A DNA stretch of 64,000 bases from Phycisphaerae bacterium (GCA_963666835.2 CAXXGO010000003.1:192001-256000), one strand, 5' to 3'. Shown: positions 50,322-60,330, counted from the first letter of the stretch. A program made the numbers and translations. The notes: generated by a model from the letters alone, not told the origin.

Positions 50322-50999
50322 TCAGGCTTTGCTGCGTTCGCGGGCTACGAGTCGATCCGCCAGCCGGGTGGGTTCCGGGAGCCGATACCGCCCGCAGCAC
50401 ATCAGCGTAATACGCACGGCTGCCTGCAAGGACAGGCGGTGGCCCACACTGACGAAAACCGGTTTGACACGATCGCGACTTCGCACGCACATGCCGATAG
50501 TCTCGCCGTTGTGCGTGATGACGGAGGTCGACCCCGAGGCCCTACCGGGCATTTGCGTTGTGCCGACCAGCAGGCTCTTGGCGCAACCCAAAGCCGGCCG
50601 ATCCAGAATGACCCCGACATGGCAGGCCAGACCGAACCGGCGGGGGTGGGCATACCCTTGGCCGTCAAACATGAAAACGTCGGGAACACTGCGCAGTCGG
50701 CGAATGACCGCCAGGATGGCGGGGGCTTCGCGAAACGAGAGAAGCCCGGGCACGTACGGAAAGCGCACGGGGCGCCGCACGACGTGTTGTTCAATCATCT
50801 TGGAGCTGGAAAGGTCCCACACGACCGCCCCGGCAATGCACTGCGTGCGGTCACGGGAGAAGGCCAAATCAGTTCCGGCAACCAATCTGACCTCGCTTGG
50901 GCTACCGGCGGCAATCACTTTGTCGGCCAGCTCGCGCTGGATGGCTATTGCCCGACGTGGGCTGACCGTCCAGCGGTGTGGTGAGCGGGGGACCTTCAC
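50322..50999 (-). CDS. nfi: Endonuclease V
   Basis: VAGTD, FPYVPGLLSFRE, DGQGYAHPRRFGLACH, GCAKS, KPVFVSVGH, RLPEPTRLAD. Confidence 0.96.
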   Translation of the reverse strand: MKVPRSPHRWTVSPRRAIAIQRELADKVIAAGSPSEVRLVAGTDLAFSRDRTQCIAGAVVWDLSSSKMIEQHVVRRPVRFPYVPGLLSFREAPAILAVIRRLRSVPDVFMFDGQGYAHPRRFGLACHVGVILDRPALGCAKSLLVGTTQMPGRASGSTSVITHNGETIGMCVRSRDRVKPVFVSVGHRLSLQAAVRITLMCCGRYRLPEPTRLADRLVARERSKA

Positions 51000-51058
51000 G
51001 TTACTACCTCGGTAATCTCGGACTGGACATCATAAGGGGCCGGCGCCGAGCGCCGACC

Positions 51059-52201
51059 CTATTCCGCGTCGAGCAGGCCCAGGAGTTCGTATCGATCTCC
51101 AAGCGTTACGACCGTCTTCCGCTTCACCGTTCTGCGAAGATAGGTCATCGCCACTTCCGAACCGGCGGGATAATACTGCACAAGGCGAATAAGGTGGTCG
51201 CGGCTTTCGACGGGGACGTCGTCAACGGTGAGGATGATGTCACCCGGTTTGAGCCCGGCTTTGGCTGCCGGCCCGTTGCGTACGCTCAGGTCGGTGATCT
51301 TGGCACCGCGGCAGACCCGTCCGTCAACCACGCGGCGGACTCGTCTGGTTCGAACATCCTCAATGGTGACCCCCATGAAACCGTAACGCGGGGTCTTTCC
51401 GGCTTGGAGGGTCTCGATGATCCCGCGCGTGTTCTTGTCAATCGGGATGGCGAAACCCGTGCCCTCATTCACCCCGGAGTTTGTTTCGATTGCTGTGATG
51501 ACCCCAATCACCTCGCCGTCGATATTGAACAGCGGGCCGCCGCTGTTGCCGGGATTAATAGCGCAAGTCGCCTCGATCAGGTATCCGTAATACTGGATGT
51601 CCGGATTCACCGCGAGCCGTTCCTGGAGAGACCGGCCGATGGCGCTTATGGTGCCGAAGGTCACGGACATGTGCCCGTTGTCGTTGGCCAGCCCGAAGGG
51701 ATTGCCGACCGCAAAGGTCCACTCGTTCACCTTGACATCGGCAAGATCGCCCCAGCACACGGTTGGCAAATCGGTTGCCTCGATCTTCAGCACGGCCAAG
51801 TCGCTCCGCAGATCGGCCTTGATCAAGTCGGCGTCGTACGAGCTACCATTGTCCAGGACGACGGTAAAGTGGTTCGCGTCCTCCAGGACGTGCCGGTTGG
51901 TGGCGATGTATCCGTCGGTACTGATTATCATCCCGCTGCCCTGGTTGATCGGTTCGCGCAGAAGGGTTCCGCTGTGATCCGCCCGTTCGTGGACGTAGTG
52001 CGTGCGGATGGCTACCACTTCCGGCCGCACCTGCTCCGCCAGTCGAACGAAGGCCTGTTCGAGGGCCTTGAGGTCCGCTAACTCGTATTTGGGGGGCAAT
52101 TGGGCGAACGCGACGTTTCCGACCACGACGCACAGCGCCAGGATCAAGGCCGGGAAACACCGCGTGAGGACCGGTTTCTGTGCTACGCACCGTGAGTTCA
52201 T
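51059..52201 (-). CDS. HtrA/DegQ-family serine protease with one PDZ domain
   Basis: GSGMII, TNRHV, SDLAVLK, INPGNSGGPL; PDZ GPAAKAGLKPGD; start ATG 52201. Confidence 0.92.
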   Translation of the reverse strand: MNSRCVAQKPVLTRCFPALILALCVVVGNVAFAQLPPKYELADLKALEQAFVRLAEQVRPEVVAIRTHYVHERADHSGTLLREPINQGSGMIISTDGYIATNRHVLEDANHFTVVLDNGSSYDADLIKADLRSDLAVLKIEATDLPTVCWGDLADVKVNEWTFAVGNPFGLANDNGHMSVTFGTISAIGRSLQERLAVNPDIQYYGYLIEATCAINPGNSGGPLFNIDGEVIGVITAIETNSGVNEGTGFAIPIDKNTRGIIETLQAGKTPRYGFMGVTIEDVRTRRVRRVVDGRVCRGAKITDLSVRNGPAAKAGLKPGDIILTVDDVPVESRDHLIRLVQYYPAGSEVAMTYLRRTVKRKTVVTLGDRYELLGLLDAE

Positions 52202-52350
52202 TAAGAAATCCTCGCCAGGAGCATCGGGGTCTGAAGGCTCGCCCATTTTATGTATTATAGGCGCAGTGTCCGCAACCGGATGAGTAAAATTGCCGGTGAA
52301 ATCGGACGTGCGGACGGGAAGCCTGTAGAAAGAGGATCGCGGAAGGCAAA

Positions 52351-54267
52351 GTGAACGAGGCAACATTTGAGAAGCTCGAGTTCGACGAAATCCGTAACAC
52401 GCTGGCCGACCACTGCGCCAGCGCTCTGGGGAAGCGGCTCGCGCGCACGATCTCGCCGGCCGTCAAGTCCCATCTTGTGCGAGAGTGGCTCGACCAGGTT
52501 CGCGAGCTGATCAGAGTTGCGGATGAACATTCAATGCCGCCGTTCGGGGGCATACACGATATTCGCGAGTCGGTACGGGCGTCGGCGTTTCCCACTCCGC
52601 TCGAGCCTGAGCAGCTTGCTGAGGTGGCCGAGACCCTGGCGGCCACCGCTGAGGTTTGTGTTTGGTTCGAGCGGATCGGTGATGACGCGCCGGCCATGCG
52701 GAAGCTCTCGCAACGAATCGATGACCTTAGTCCCTTGGCAGCCATCATCAATGAGGCGATTGATTCGCGGGGGTGCGTGCGCGACTACGCCAGCCAGAAG
52801 CTTAGCTCGATTCGCCGGACGATCGAGCATGCCCGGGATCGCACGAAACGCGTGTTCGACCGGATTCTCCGGCAGAATAGTCTGGCGCGGATGCTGCAGT
52901 ACTCCAGTACGACATTCCATGGTGATCGGATGGTGCTGCCGCTCAAGGCGGAGTATCGCGGGCGTATTCCGGGCATCGTCCATCGAACTTCCGACAGCGG
53001 TTCGACCCTGTTCGTGGAGCCATCCGAATCCGTCGAGCTCAATAACGCGATAGTTCGCCTTCGCGACGAGGAAAGCAAGGAGGTTACGCGGATCCTGCGC
53101 GAACTCAGCCAACGACTGCAGCGCAGCTCTCGGGCGATCCTGAGCACTATGCAGGCTATTGCCATACTCGATCTGATCGCGGCGAAGTGCCGCTACGCCA
53201 AGAAACGAAAGTGCGTATGCCCCGAGATCAACGACGAGGGCGTATTAGATCTGCACCAAGCTCGGCATCCCGTGTTGGTTGAGTTGTTCGAGCGGGAGGC
53301 TCGGGAAGAAGGGAGCGTAGCGCGTGAGGTCGTTCCGATCGACGTGCGGCTGGGGGACGATTTCGATGTTCTCGTGGTCACCGGACCCAATACGGGCGGA
53401 AAGACCGTTGCGATCAAAATGGTTGGGCTGATGGCGCTTATGACCCAATGCGGCATCCCCATCCCCGCCGAGGCAGGGGCGCGAATGCCCGTCTACAAGA
53501 ACATCTACATCGACATCGGGGACGAGCAGAGCCTCCAACAATCGCTCAGTACGTTCAGTTCACATCTGGCGACTCTGCTGGATGTGCTTCGCCGAAGCGG
53601 TCCGAAGTCGCTGGTGTTGATAGACGAGTTGGGCGCGGGAACCGATCCGGATGAAGGGGCGGCTATCGGTCAGACGATCATCACCGAACTGCTGGACCTT
53701 AAGGCCATGGCGATTGCGACCACGCACCTTTCCGTGCTGAAAGCTATCGCCTTCACGACCGCCCGGGTCGACAACGCGGCGGTCGAGTTTGACCCGGAAA
53801 CCCTCAAACCCACGTACCATCTGCGCGTGGGAGAGCCGGGCAACAGCAACGCCCTGATCATCGCTAAACGCCTGGGTATGCCGGCCAGAATGGTCAAGCG
53901 GGCTAAGCGCTGCCTGGCCGATCGGACCAGCGCGTTGAATCGCGCAATTGCCGGAACGTTGGACTCCCGTCGTCAGGCGGAAGCGGCGCGGAAGTCATCG
54001 CGCGAAACTCAGCTCGAAGCCGAACGTCAGCGCGAGAAATACGTCAGGGATCACGAAGAACTGAGTCAAACGAAGAAGGCGTTTGAGGCATGGACCACGT
54101 GGGTGGCTACCTTGGGCCCGGGTGACGACGTATACATTCAATCGTTGGACCGGCCGGCAAAGGTCGTGCGGATGCAACTCCACAAACAGCGGGCTCTGGT
54201 TTCCGCCGGAGCGATGGAGATAGAGGTTCCCCTGAAGGACATCCTAGTGCCTCCCGTCGAATCTTAG
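52351..54267 (+). CDS. mutS2: MutS2-family ATPase lacking C-terminal Smr domain
   Basis: KLEFDEI start, SGSTLFVEP, ARHP, TGPNTGGKT, DIGDEQS..QSLSTFS, DELGAGTDP; ends after a KOW-like segment. Confidence 0.9.
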   Translation: MNEATFEKLEFDEIRNTLADHCASALGKRLARTISPAVKSHLVREWLDQVRELIRVADEHSMPPFGGIHDIRESVRASAFPTPLEPEQLAEVAETLAATAEVCVWFERIGDDAPAMRKLSQRIDDLSPLAAIINEAIDSRGCVRDYASQKLSSIRRTIEHARDRTKRVFDRILRQNSLARMLQYSSTTFHGDRMVLPLKAEYRGRIPGIVHRTSDSGSTLFVEPSESVELNNAIVRLRDEESKEVTRILRELSQRLQRSSRAILSTMQAIAILDLIAAKCRYAKKRKCVCPEINDEGVLDLHQARHPVLVELFEREAREEGSVAREVVPIDVRLGDDFDVLVVTGPNTGGKTVAIKMVGLMALMTQCGIPIPAEAGARMPVYKNIYIDIGDEQSLQQSLSTFSSHLATLLDVLRRSGPKSLVLIDELGAGTDPDEGAAIGQTIITELLDLKAMAIATTHLSVLKAIAFTTARVDNAAVEFDPETLKPTYHLRVGEPGNSNALIIAKRLGMPARMVKRAKRCLADRTSALNRAIAGTLDSRRQAEAARKSSRETQLEAERQREKYVRDHEELSQTKKAFEAWTTWVATLGPGDDVYIQSLDRPAKVVRMQLHKQRALVSAGAMEIEVPLKDILVPPVES

Positions 54268-54319
54268 CCTGCGTGCGGGCGGTTAATCCTAGGGGCCGCC
54301 AACCGGGTCGGCGGATCAG

Positions 54320-54622
54320 TCATCCGGTTAGCGTCAACAGCTCGGCCACCTTTTCCTCGTAAGCATCTAAGGCAGTATTAGCGTTCTTGAGCTGGTGGTC
54401 CTTCTCCAGGATTTCCGGAGTGCGTCCGAGGTACCCGCCCACGGCACCGAACAGCGCTATTAGTGCCGAAAGGACCGTCTGTTGCAGTTTGTTGGTTTCT
54501 TTTGAAGGGCGGAAGATCGTAGCGACAATCACGACCGTGGCGCACACCAGAATCAGCGCCAAGATGAACCACGGCGCCCATGAGACGCCCGCCGGCAGGT
54601 TGAGGTTGTTGAGTTCACTCAT
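54320..54622 (-). CDS. Small two-TM membrane protein with coiled-coil tail
   Basis: GGAGGGAG RBS before ATG 54622; two hydrophobic helices, GGYLGR, heptad-like tail. Confidence 0.65.
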   Translation of the reverse strand: MSELNNLNLPAGVSWAPWFILALILVCATVVIVATIFRPSKETNKLQQTVLSALIALFGAVGGYLGRTPEILEKDHQLKNANTALDAYEEKVAELLTLTG

Positions 54623-54728
54623 TCGTGGCTCCCTCCAATCGATAGTGCCGTCCGATGACAATAGCGCGACATTGTAATTTGTGCCGCCGGCAAGCCGGTC
54701 GCTTGGATCATGCAGCCGCGCCGCCTGG

Positions 54729-55250
54729 TCACGCCCCGAGGAAGATCGCTTTAAGAGCGGTCCCTGCGATTTCCTTGGCCGCCTTCTTCAGCAGGTCCCC
54801 TAAGAGCCGTTCCTGCCACCCGGATTCGATCAGGCAGCCGTTGGAAACCTTCTGCCCGTCCCATACGGGTTTGTCTCGACAGCCCGGAGGTTCGTCATGC
54901 CAAGCCATGACGATATTCCCGTTATTGCTTTTGAAGAGGTGAATCACCCGCGTGAAAGTGTAACTTCCATGCGTTCCTCGATAGAACGCTACCCATTGTT
55001 CTTTGCCGTTCTTGGCAGTCCAAACGTCGATTTCGACGGCGTGATCCGTACGCTTCACGCTTTTGGCCGGGCAGTCCCAGTAGTTCTGCGGCATTTCGAC
55101 CCATGGCCTGAATTGGCCTCGGTCATGTACCCGCATTCGAAACTTCAGATCCGTCTGATTGTGGCATTTGAATGACACCGCCTGGGCTTCGTTTGTTACC
55201 CCCAACGAGCATGCCGCCAGCAATAACCCTCCGAGTAGGTTGACTCGCAT
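54729..55250 (-). CDS. Secreted hypothetical protein
   Basis: AAGGAG RBS; signal peptide ...EAQA; four Cys in the mature region; amphipathic C-terminal helix. Confidence 0.7.
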   Translation of the reverse strand: MRVNLLGGLLLAACSLGVTNEAQAVSFKCHNQTDLKFRMRVHDRGQFRPWVEMPQNYWDCPAKSVKRTDHAVEIDVWTAKNGKEQWVAFYRGTHGSYTFTRVIHLFKSNNGNIVMAWHDEPPGCRDKPVWDGQKVSNGCLIESGWQERLLGDLLKKAAKEIAGTALKAIFLGA

Positions 55251-55542
55251 TTGACACTCCTTGTCTTTGCCCTGAATCCGATTTGCAGTATCCGGCGCCG
55301 GAGACTTTCTACGCTGCGCTGCGCACTGTCAAGCTCCGTTCTCCGAAAACCGGGCACGCTGAGGGTGATGGTCGCGTGAGGCGGGATCGGATGCGTGGCG
55401 CTTCGTTTCATTGCGCATGCTTGTGGCACATGGCGCGTTGCGAACACGAACGTCATAGAGCCATAATAGAGACCGAATCGAGGCGTCGCATCGGATGGTC
55501 GAACGCAAGCGCGGAGCCTCGCCCGTAAGTTGCCTCTGTTGC

Positions 55543-56055
55543 CTATCGGCGGTGATTGAATCCGAGACGGCGGATCCACCCTATCGGAAGCACGGCTGGA
55601 GTGCGTCGGCGGTAGGCGCGGTACTCGTCGCCAAACCGCTCGGCGAGGTAATCTTCCTCCGTGCGAATCAGCAGCCTCATGACGACGTAGAGGACCACGG
55701 GTATCGCCAGGAAGATCCACGAATCGAGCAGAAGAGACAATCCCGGCAATATCAGGGTAATCCACGCGCCGTAGATTGGATGTCGACAGACGCGGAACGG
55801 CCCGGTGGTACACAGCCGCCCGCGCGTGAAAGCCCGCATGGCGGTTACGGCTCCGGTGACGTAGAGGATCAACCCGAGGACTGCCGCGATGATGCCGATG
55901 GCCAGACGGACCGAGGTCGGGAGAATGTCGATGCGAAATCGGTCAGGAGCGTAGATGCCCAGCCCGATCAACGGGGCGCAAAGAGCAGCGGAGTAGGCGG
56001 CCAGCTTCAGGCCTATACCCCAGCGGGTCATTGGCGTGTTTGAGTCGTCGGCCAT
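55543..56055 (-). CDS. Isoprenylcysteine carboxylmethyltransferase / PEMT family membrane protein
   Basis: LCTTGPFRVCRHPIY, EEDYLAERFGDEYRAYRRRTP. Confidence 0.9.
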   Translation of the reverse strand: MADDSNTPMTRWGIGLKLAAYSAALCAPLIGLGIYAPDRFRIDILPTSVRLAIGIIAAVLGLILYVTGAVTAMRAFTRGRLCTTGPFRVCRHPIYGAWITLILPGLSLLLDSWIFLAIPVVLYVVMRLLIRTEEDYLAERFGDEYRAYRRRTPAVLPIGWIRRLGFNHRR

Positions 56056-56091
56056 TGCTCCCTCGATCTCCTCCTCCGGCAGGTATGACGT

Positions 56092-57246
56092 TCAGCTTTC
56101 GCAGAAGTCGGCGACAATACGCTCCAGCAGCCGCGCGGCTTCGGCAAACTCCCGCTTGCCCAGCGATTCGTTCGGGCGGTGGGCTACTTCGATCGTCCCC
56201 GGGCCGAATAGCACGCAATCCAGGCCCAAGCGCTGAAGCGCGCCGGCATCCGTTGCGTAGGAAGCCCCGAACGACTCCGTCTGTCCGAGCATATCACACA
56301 AATGACGGTGGATCGGCGCATCGTCGCCGGTCAGCATCGGCGCGCTCTCGCTGATTACGTCGAACGAGCAGCCGTCAAGATCGCCGCAATCTCTGATGGC
56401 GGTCTCAATACGGGTGAGCAGTGGGCCCGACTCCATGCCGGGCATAAGCCGTGCTCCGAACCGTAACTCGCAGCGGTCGGGGACGATGTTCAAAGCGGTT
56501 CCGCCGGAGATCATGGCCTGGACCAGGGCGACGAAGGGGGTCTCGGGGAAGTATTCACTGTTTTCCGGGCGTTCGTTGCGAAGCTCGCGGGCCAGTTTGG
56601 ACAAAGCGGTGATCACCGGGCCGGCCGGCTCGATTGCGTTGATGCCGAGGTCGGGGAATCCGCTGTGGGCGCTTTTGCCGTGGAAGACGATCCGCATCTT
56701 CAGGTAACCCTTGTGCATACGGATCACTCGAAGCGAGGTCGGCTCTCCGATGATCGCGCTTTGCGGAAGGGGGAAGGGGGCCTGCCACGTATCTGCAACA
56801 TGCTGAGCTCCGAGCGTACCGAGTTCTTCATCGTACGTGAGGATCAAGACCAGCGGCCGGGCCAGGCCACGGCCGGCGGCGCGCCGAGCGGCGTTGATAG
56901 CGAGTGCGAGGAAGCCCTTCATGTCGGCCACGCCGCGACCTACGAAGGACTCTTCAGTTTCAAGCAAGTTGAACGGATCGCTCTGCCATTGGGGCTCGGC
57001 TGCGGGCACTACATCCATGTGCCCGGAAAGCACCAGCCCGTTGCGATTATCGTCGTTCCGCCCGCTAACCCGGATGATCAGATTGACCTTTGCGTGGTCG
57101 TCGTTTTCGTTGCGGCTAATCTCGATCGCGGATCCACCGAGGTAGTCGCAGATGAAATCGGCAATCGGAAGATTGCTCTTCTCGCTGGTGGAATCGAAGG
57201 CGACGAGCTTGCCGAGAAGCTGCGAATCTGTGAGTAACGTAGCCAT
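56092..57246 (-). CDS. argE: Acetylornithine deacetylase (M20 family)
   Basis: LSGHMDVVP, GRGVADMKGF, DEELG, IIGEPT, HKG, AHS, GPG...AHRPNE. Confidence 0.88.
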   Translation of the reverse strand: MATLLTDSQLLGKLVAFDSTSEKSNLPIADFICDYLGGSAIEISRNENDDHAKVNLIIRVSGRNDDNRNGLVLSGHMDVVPAAEPQWQSDPFNLLETEESFVGRGVADMKGFLALAINAARRAAGRGLARPLVLILTYDEELGTLGAQHVADTWQAPFPLPQSAIIGEPTSLRVIRMHKGYLKMRIVFHGKSAHSGFPDLGINAIEPAGPVITALSKLARELRNERPENSEYFPETPFVALVQAMISGGTALNIVPDRCELRFGARLMPGMESGPLLTRIETAIRDCGDLDGCSFDVISESAPMLTGDDAPIHRHLCDMLGQTESFGASYATDAGALQRLGLDCVLFGPGTIEVAHRPNESLGKREFAEAARLLERIVADFCES

Positions 57247-57389
57247 AATGGCGGGATGTTAGCCTGTTTGGAGGCATCTGTCTGCAGAAGACGGAGGAGC
57301 CTCCACGTTGCCGCATCCCGTGCCCCCGAGGGGCGCATGAATCTCACCTGGTCTCGGTGACGCTACGCGCAGCGGGGGCGAGCAGACCG

Positions 57390-57775
57390 CAATGATGCAG
57401 GTGCCCTACACCTGCCGACGCTGCCCGACAGAGAGGCCGCCGTACTGATAGGGCACCGCAGGCGGGTGTAGGGCATGGTCGAGGAACGAGACCTGCCGTT
57501 GGTCTTCGCGCTACGCGCGCTATTGTGGCAGGTCTCGTACCTCGACCGTGCCCTACGGGTGTGCCAACTGGGTGGCATCGGTCAACTTGGTGACCCGTGG
57601 AGTGTGGCGCGCTGCCGCGCATCAGTACCACGACCGTCAGGGAGTGGCCATCGTGCGTCGGTGCAGCACAACGGATCGGTCGAGGGCCGCTCGTTGACAC
57701 TCGCGGTACCGATTGCGTGGGTCTTCGCGCGATATGCATGGTTGCGGCAGGTCTCGTTCCTCGACCTGCCCTACA
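57390..57775. repeat. Mosaic REP/REPIN cluster
   Basis: Inverted doublet GTAGGGCATGGTCGAGGAACGAGACCTGCC (57468-57497) / 57527-57556; further REP-like hairpins to 57775. Confidence 0.85.
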
Positions 57776-57788
57776 AGTGGGCCACGCA

Positions 57789-59222
57789 TTACGGGGCCTT
57801 GCGCGTTGAGAAAGCCAGCTTGCTCAGGGTCATCAGCAGCAGGGTCAGTACGACTAGGCCCCAGGTTGAGACGGTGGGGATGTACTGGGTGCAGTCGGGG
57901 ATCCCGTTGTTGTCGTGGTCGTAGCGGTCGTCGAGGCCTTCGCATTGGTCGATGCAGTCCGGGACGGTATCATCGTCCGCATCGAGGTAGTCGCTTACTC
58001 CGCAGCCGCAGATTCCCGGTTCGATCTTGTCCGGGTCGTTCTTGCAGGCGTCGAGGCAGTCCAGGGTCCCGTCGTTGTCTGAATCGATGTCCGGGCTGCT
58101 GCACCCGCATACGCCCGGCTCGAATTTATCGCCGTTGCCGGGGCAGGCATCACCGCAGCTCCCGTCCACGCCGTCGCCGTCGGCATCGCCTTCACACGCG
58201 GTCAGCTCGCCTTGGGGGACGCCGCCGGCAGCCGTACAGTCTTCCGCCGTGAGGTTTGTGCAGCTACCGTCTGCCTGGCAACAGGCCTCCACGGTTCCGT
58301 AGGCGTACTGGACCACATTGACCGCTGCGCCGTCGTCGAAGGTGAACGTGGTGGTCTCGCCCCGAGTCAGTGGACGGTCCAGGACGACCTGCACGGTATC
58401 GACGTCGTATTCCTCCAGCCGCAGCACTTGGGTGACTACGGGCACGGGTCCGCCCGTAACCCCCACGGCGATCTCGTCAGTGTACACGCTGTTGGCCGAG
58501 TCGAAGGTCACGCTGAACCGATCGAGACCGGGATAGGTGGCGGGGTGAACCTCGCCGGCGGGTGGATCGGTCACAATGATCTGCTCTCCAAGCGAAACGG
58601 TCCCATACCTCAACGCGTCCCACTCGTGCGTCTTGTTGGTGGTCCAATCCCCGCAGGAGTTCCGCCCGGTGAGCTGCACGTATGCCATAGTCTCTGCGCA
58701 TTCTATGGCGCGCTCGACAAACACAATGCCGTCGACCGAATACCGGTAGTTGAAGCCGTCGAGACTCTCGAACCGGTAGGTGTGGAATCCGTCGATATCG
58801 AGGCCCGTAATCGAACCGGCTCCAGACGGCGAGAAGGCCGAATCACCGTAGATGTTGATGTAGTCGTGGCTCTTGCGGAAGACCACGGAGAGCTGCGCGT
58901 CGCATGACGTCCAGATGGGTCCGACTGCCGAATTGGACCGGAGACGCCACTCAACCCAAAGGCTCGGTGGCTGCACCTCGCCCATTCTGGTAATATAGCG
59001 GTGGTAATTGGCCAACCCGCAACAGCCTGCCCAATGAAGGATGAAATGGCCGCCCTCCAGGTTCTCGCTGCACGGATCTTCGCACTCCTGGAAGATCAAC
59101 CAGCCTTCCGAAGGATCGTACGGCAATACGTCGCCCTCGTAGCGGTATAAGACCTCGTCGGCAGGGACGGACGCGGATGAAAACACAAGAACAACAACTA
59201 ACAACGACGAACGCCAGGGCAT
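57789..59222 (-). CDS. Secreted protein with thrombospondin-3-like Asp/Cys stalk and IPTL-CTERM-like anchor
   Basis: GGAGG RBS; signal peptide; DxDxDG..DC.D.C repeats; [21 protein letters not shown] end. Confidence 0.85.
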   Translation of the reverse strand: MPWRSSLLVVVLVFSSASVPADEVLYRYEGDVLPYDPSEGWLIFQECEDPCSENLEGGHFILHWAGCCGLANYHRYITRMGEVQPPSLWVEWRLRSNSAVGPIWTSCDAQLSVVFRKSHDYINIYGDSAFSPSGAGSITGLDIDGFHTYRFESLDGFNYRYSVDGIVFVERAIECAETMAYVQLTGRNSCGDWTTNKTHEWDALRYGTVSLGEQIIVTDPPAGEVHPATYPGLDRFSVTFDSANSVYTDEIAVGVTGGPVPVVTQVLRLEEYDVDTVQVVLDRPLTRGETTTFTFDDGAAVNVVQYAYGTVEACCQADGSCTNLTAEDCTAAGGVPQGELTACEGDADGDGVDGSCGDACPGNGDKFEPGVCGCSSPDIDSDNDGTLDCLDACKNDPDKIEPGICGCGVSDYLDADDDTVPDCIDQCEGLDDRYDHDNNGIPDCTQYIPTVSTWGLVVLTLLLMTLSKLAFSTRKAP

Positions 59223-59319
59223 GACCTACCTCCCTCCATAGAAGACCACCCACCACGGTATCCGATTGCGACGCCCGCGTCAAGATAAACTGACAATTTG
59301 GTAGTGGGCAGATTGTTGC

Positions 59320-60255
59320 TCGGTCGGTACCGCGACCGCGAAGAACTGGCCACGGTGCGTTGGTAGGCGGCCGCGTATCGCTCGTGGGCGGGTTGCTTAC
59401 GCTCGCCGTACCGATGGGGCAGCGCAGGCGGGTGTAGGGCATGGTCGAGGAACGAGACCTGCCGTTGGTCTTCGCGCTACGCGCGCTATTGTGGCAGGTC
59501 TCGTGCCTCGACCGTGCCCTACGAGGTCTTCGCACGACGCAAGCCATCTCGGCAGGTCTCGTGCCTCGATTGGGCCGCGAGTCAAGCCCCTTGGGGCGAC
59601 AGGTCCTTTTAGCCCCATGGCGTAAGCCTGGGGGAACCGTGCGGCCGCCTCGCGCCAAGCCCCCTCGGGGGCGGCACAAGACATCGAGGTTTGGATCGGA
59701 CGCCGGTGATTCAACATCATAAGAGGAATACGTTGGCGCCGGCCGGGACCTCTTCGAATGCCGAAGTGCCGCCCCGGGGCGGGGCTGGGGTTGACGTACG
59801 ACGCGATCCCGCGGCTGACGCCACGGGCTGGGCAGAGCTGTCGCCCTGACGGGCTGGTTCCGCGGGCCACCCGCGTGGCACATATTCGTGCGACTCGAGC
59901 CATTGCGGCCTTGATGGCAGGTCTCCTTCCTCGACCGTGCCCTACGTGGTCCTCGCGCGACGCGCACCGTTGCGGCAGGTCTCGTTCCTCGACCGTGCCC
60001 TACGAGTTATGCCAACCGGGTGTCATGGGTCAACTTGTTGACCCATGGAAGTTCAGCGGCAGGTCTCGTTCCTCGACCGCGCCCTACGAGTTATGCCAAC
60101 CGGGTGTCATGGGTCAACTTGTTGACCCGTGGTAGTCCAGCGGCAGGTCTCGTGCCTCGACCGTGCCCTACGGGGGATGCCACCGGGGTGGCATGATGCA
60201 ACGTCTTGACCCGTGGAAGTTCAGCGGCACGTCTCGGGTCTCGGCCGTGGTCTAC
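59320..60255. repeat. Large mosaic REP/REPIN cluster with 84-bp tandem array
   Basis: 59404-59523 matches 57438-57557 (116/120). Two-armed palindromic element at 59584-59858. GGCAGGTCTCGTTCCTCGACCGTGCCCTAC-like copies at 59916, 59974, 60058, 60142, 60226. Confidence 0.88.
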
Positions 60256-60330
60256 GCATACCGGCGCCGGCACGCGCGCGTTAGCCTCGTCACGCGACCA
60301 TGCGGCGACGCGCGCATCTTCGGCGATACG

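Noticed and set aside
58951..59967. 338-aa ORF as a possible REP-associated transposase
   Set aside because: Composed of translated REP sequence; no HUH or catalytic Tyr motif. No RAYT was seen in the window.
59916..60255. CRISPR array
   Set aside because: The intervening segments are near-copies of each other rather than unique spacers, the repeat occurs dispersed in both orientations elsewhere, and no cas genes are in the window.
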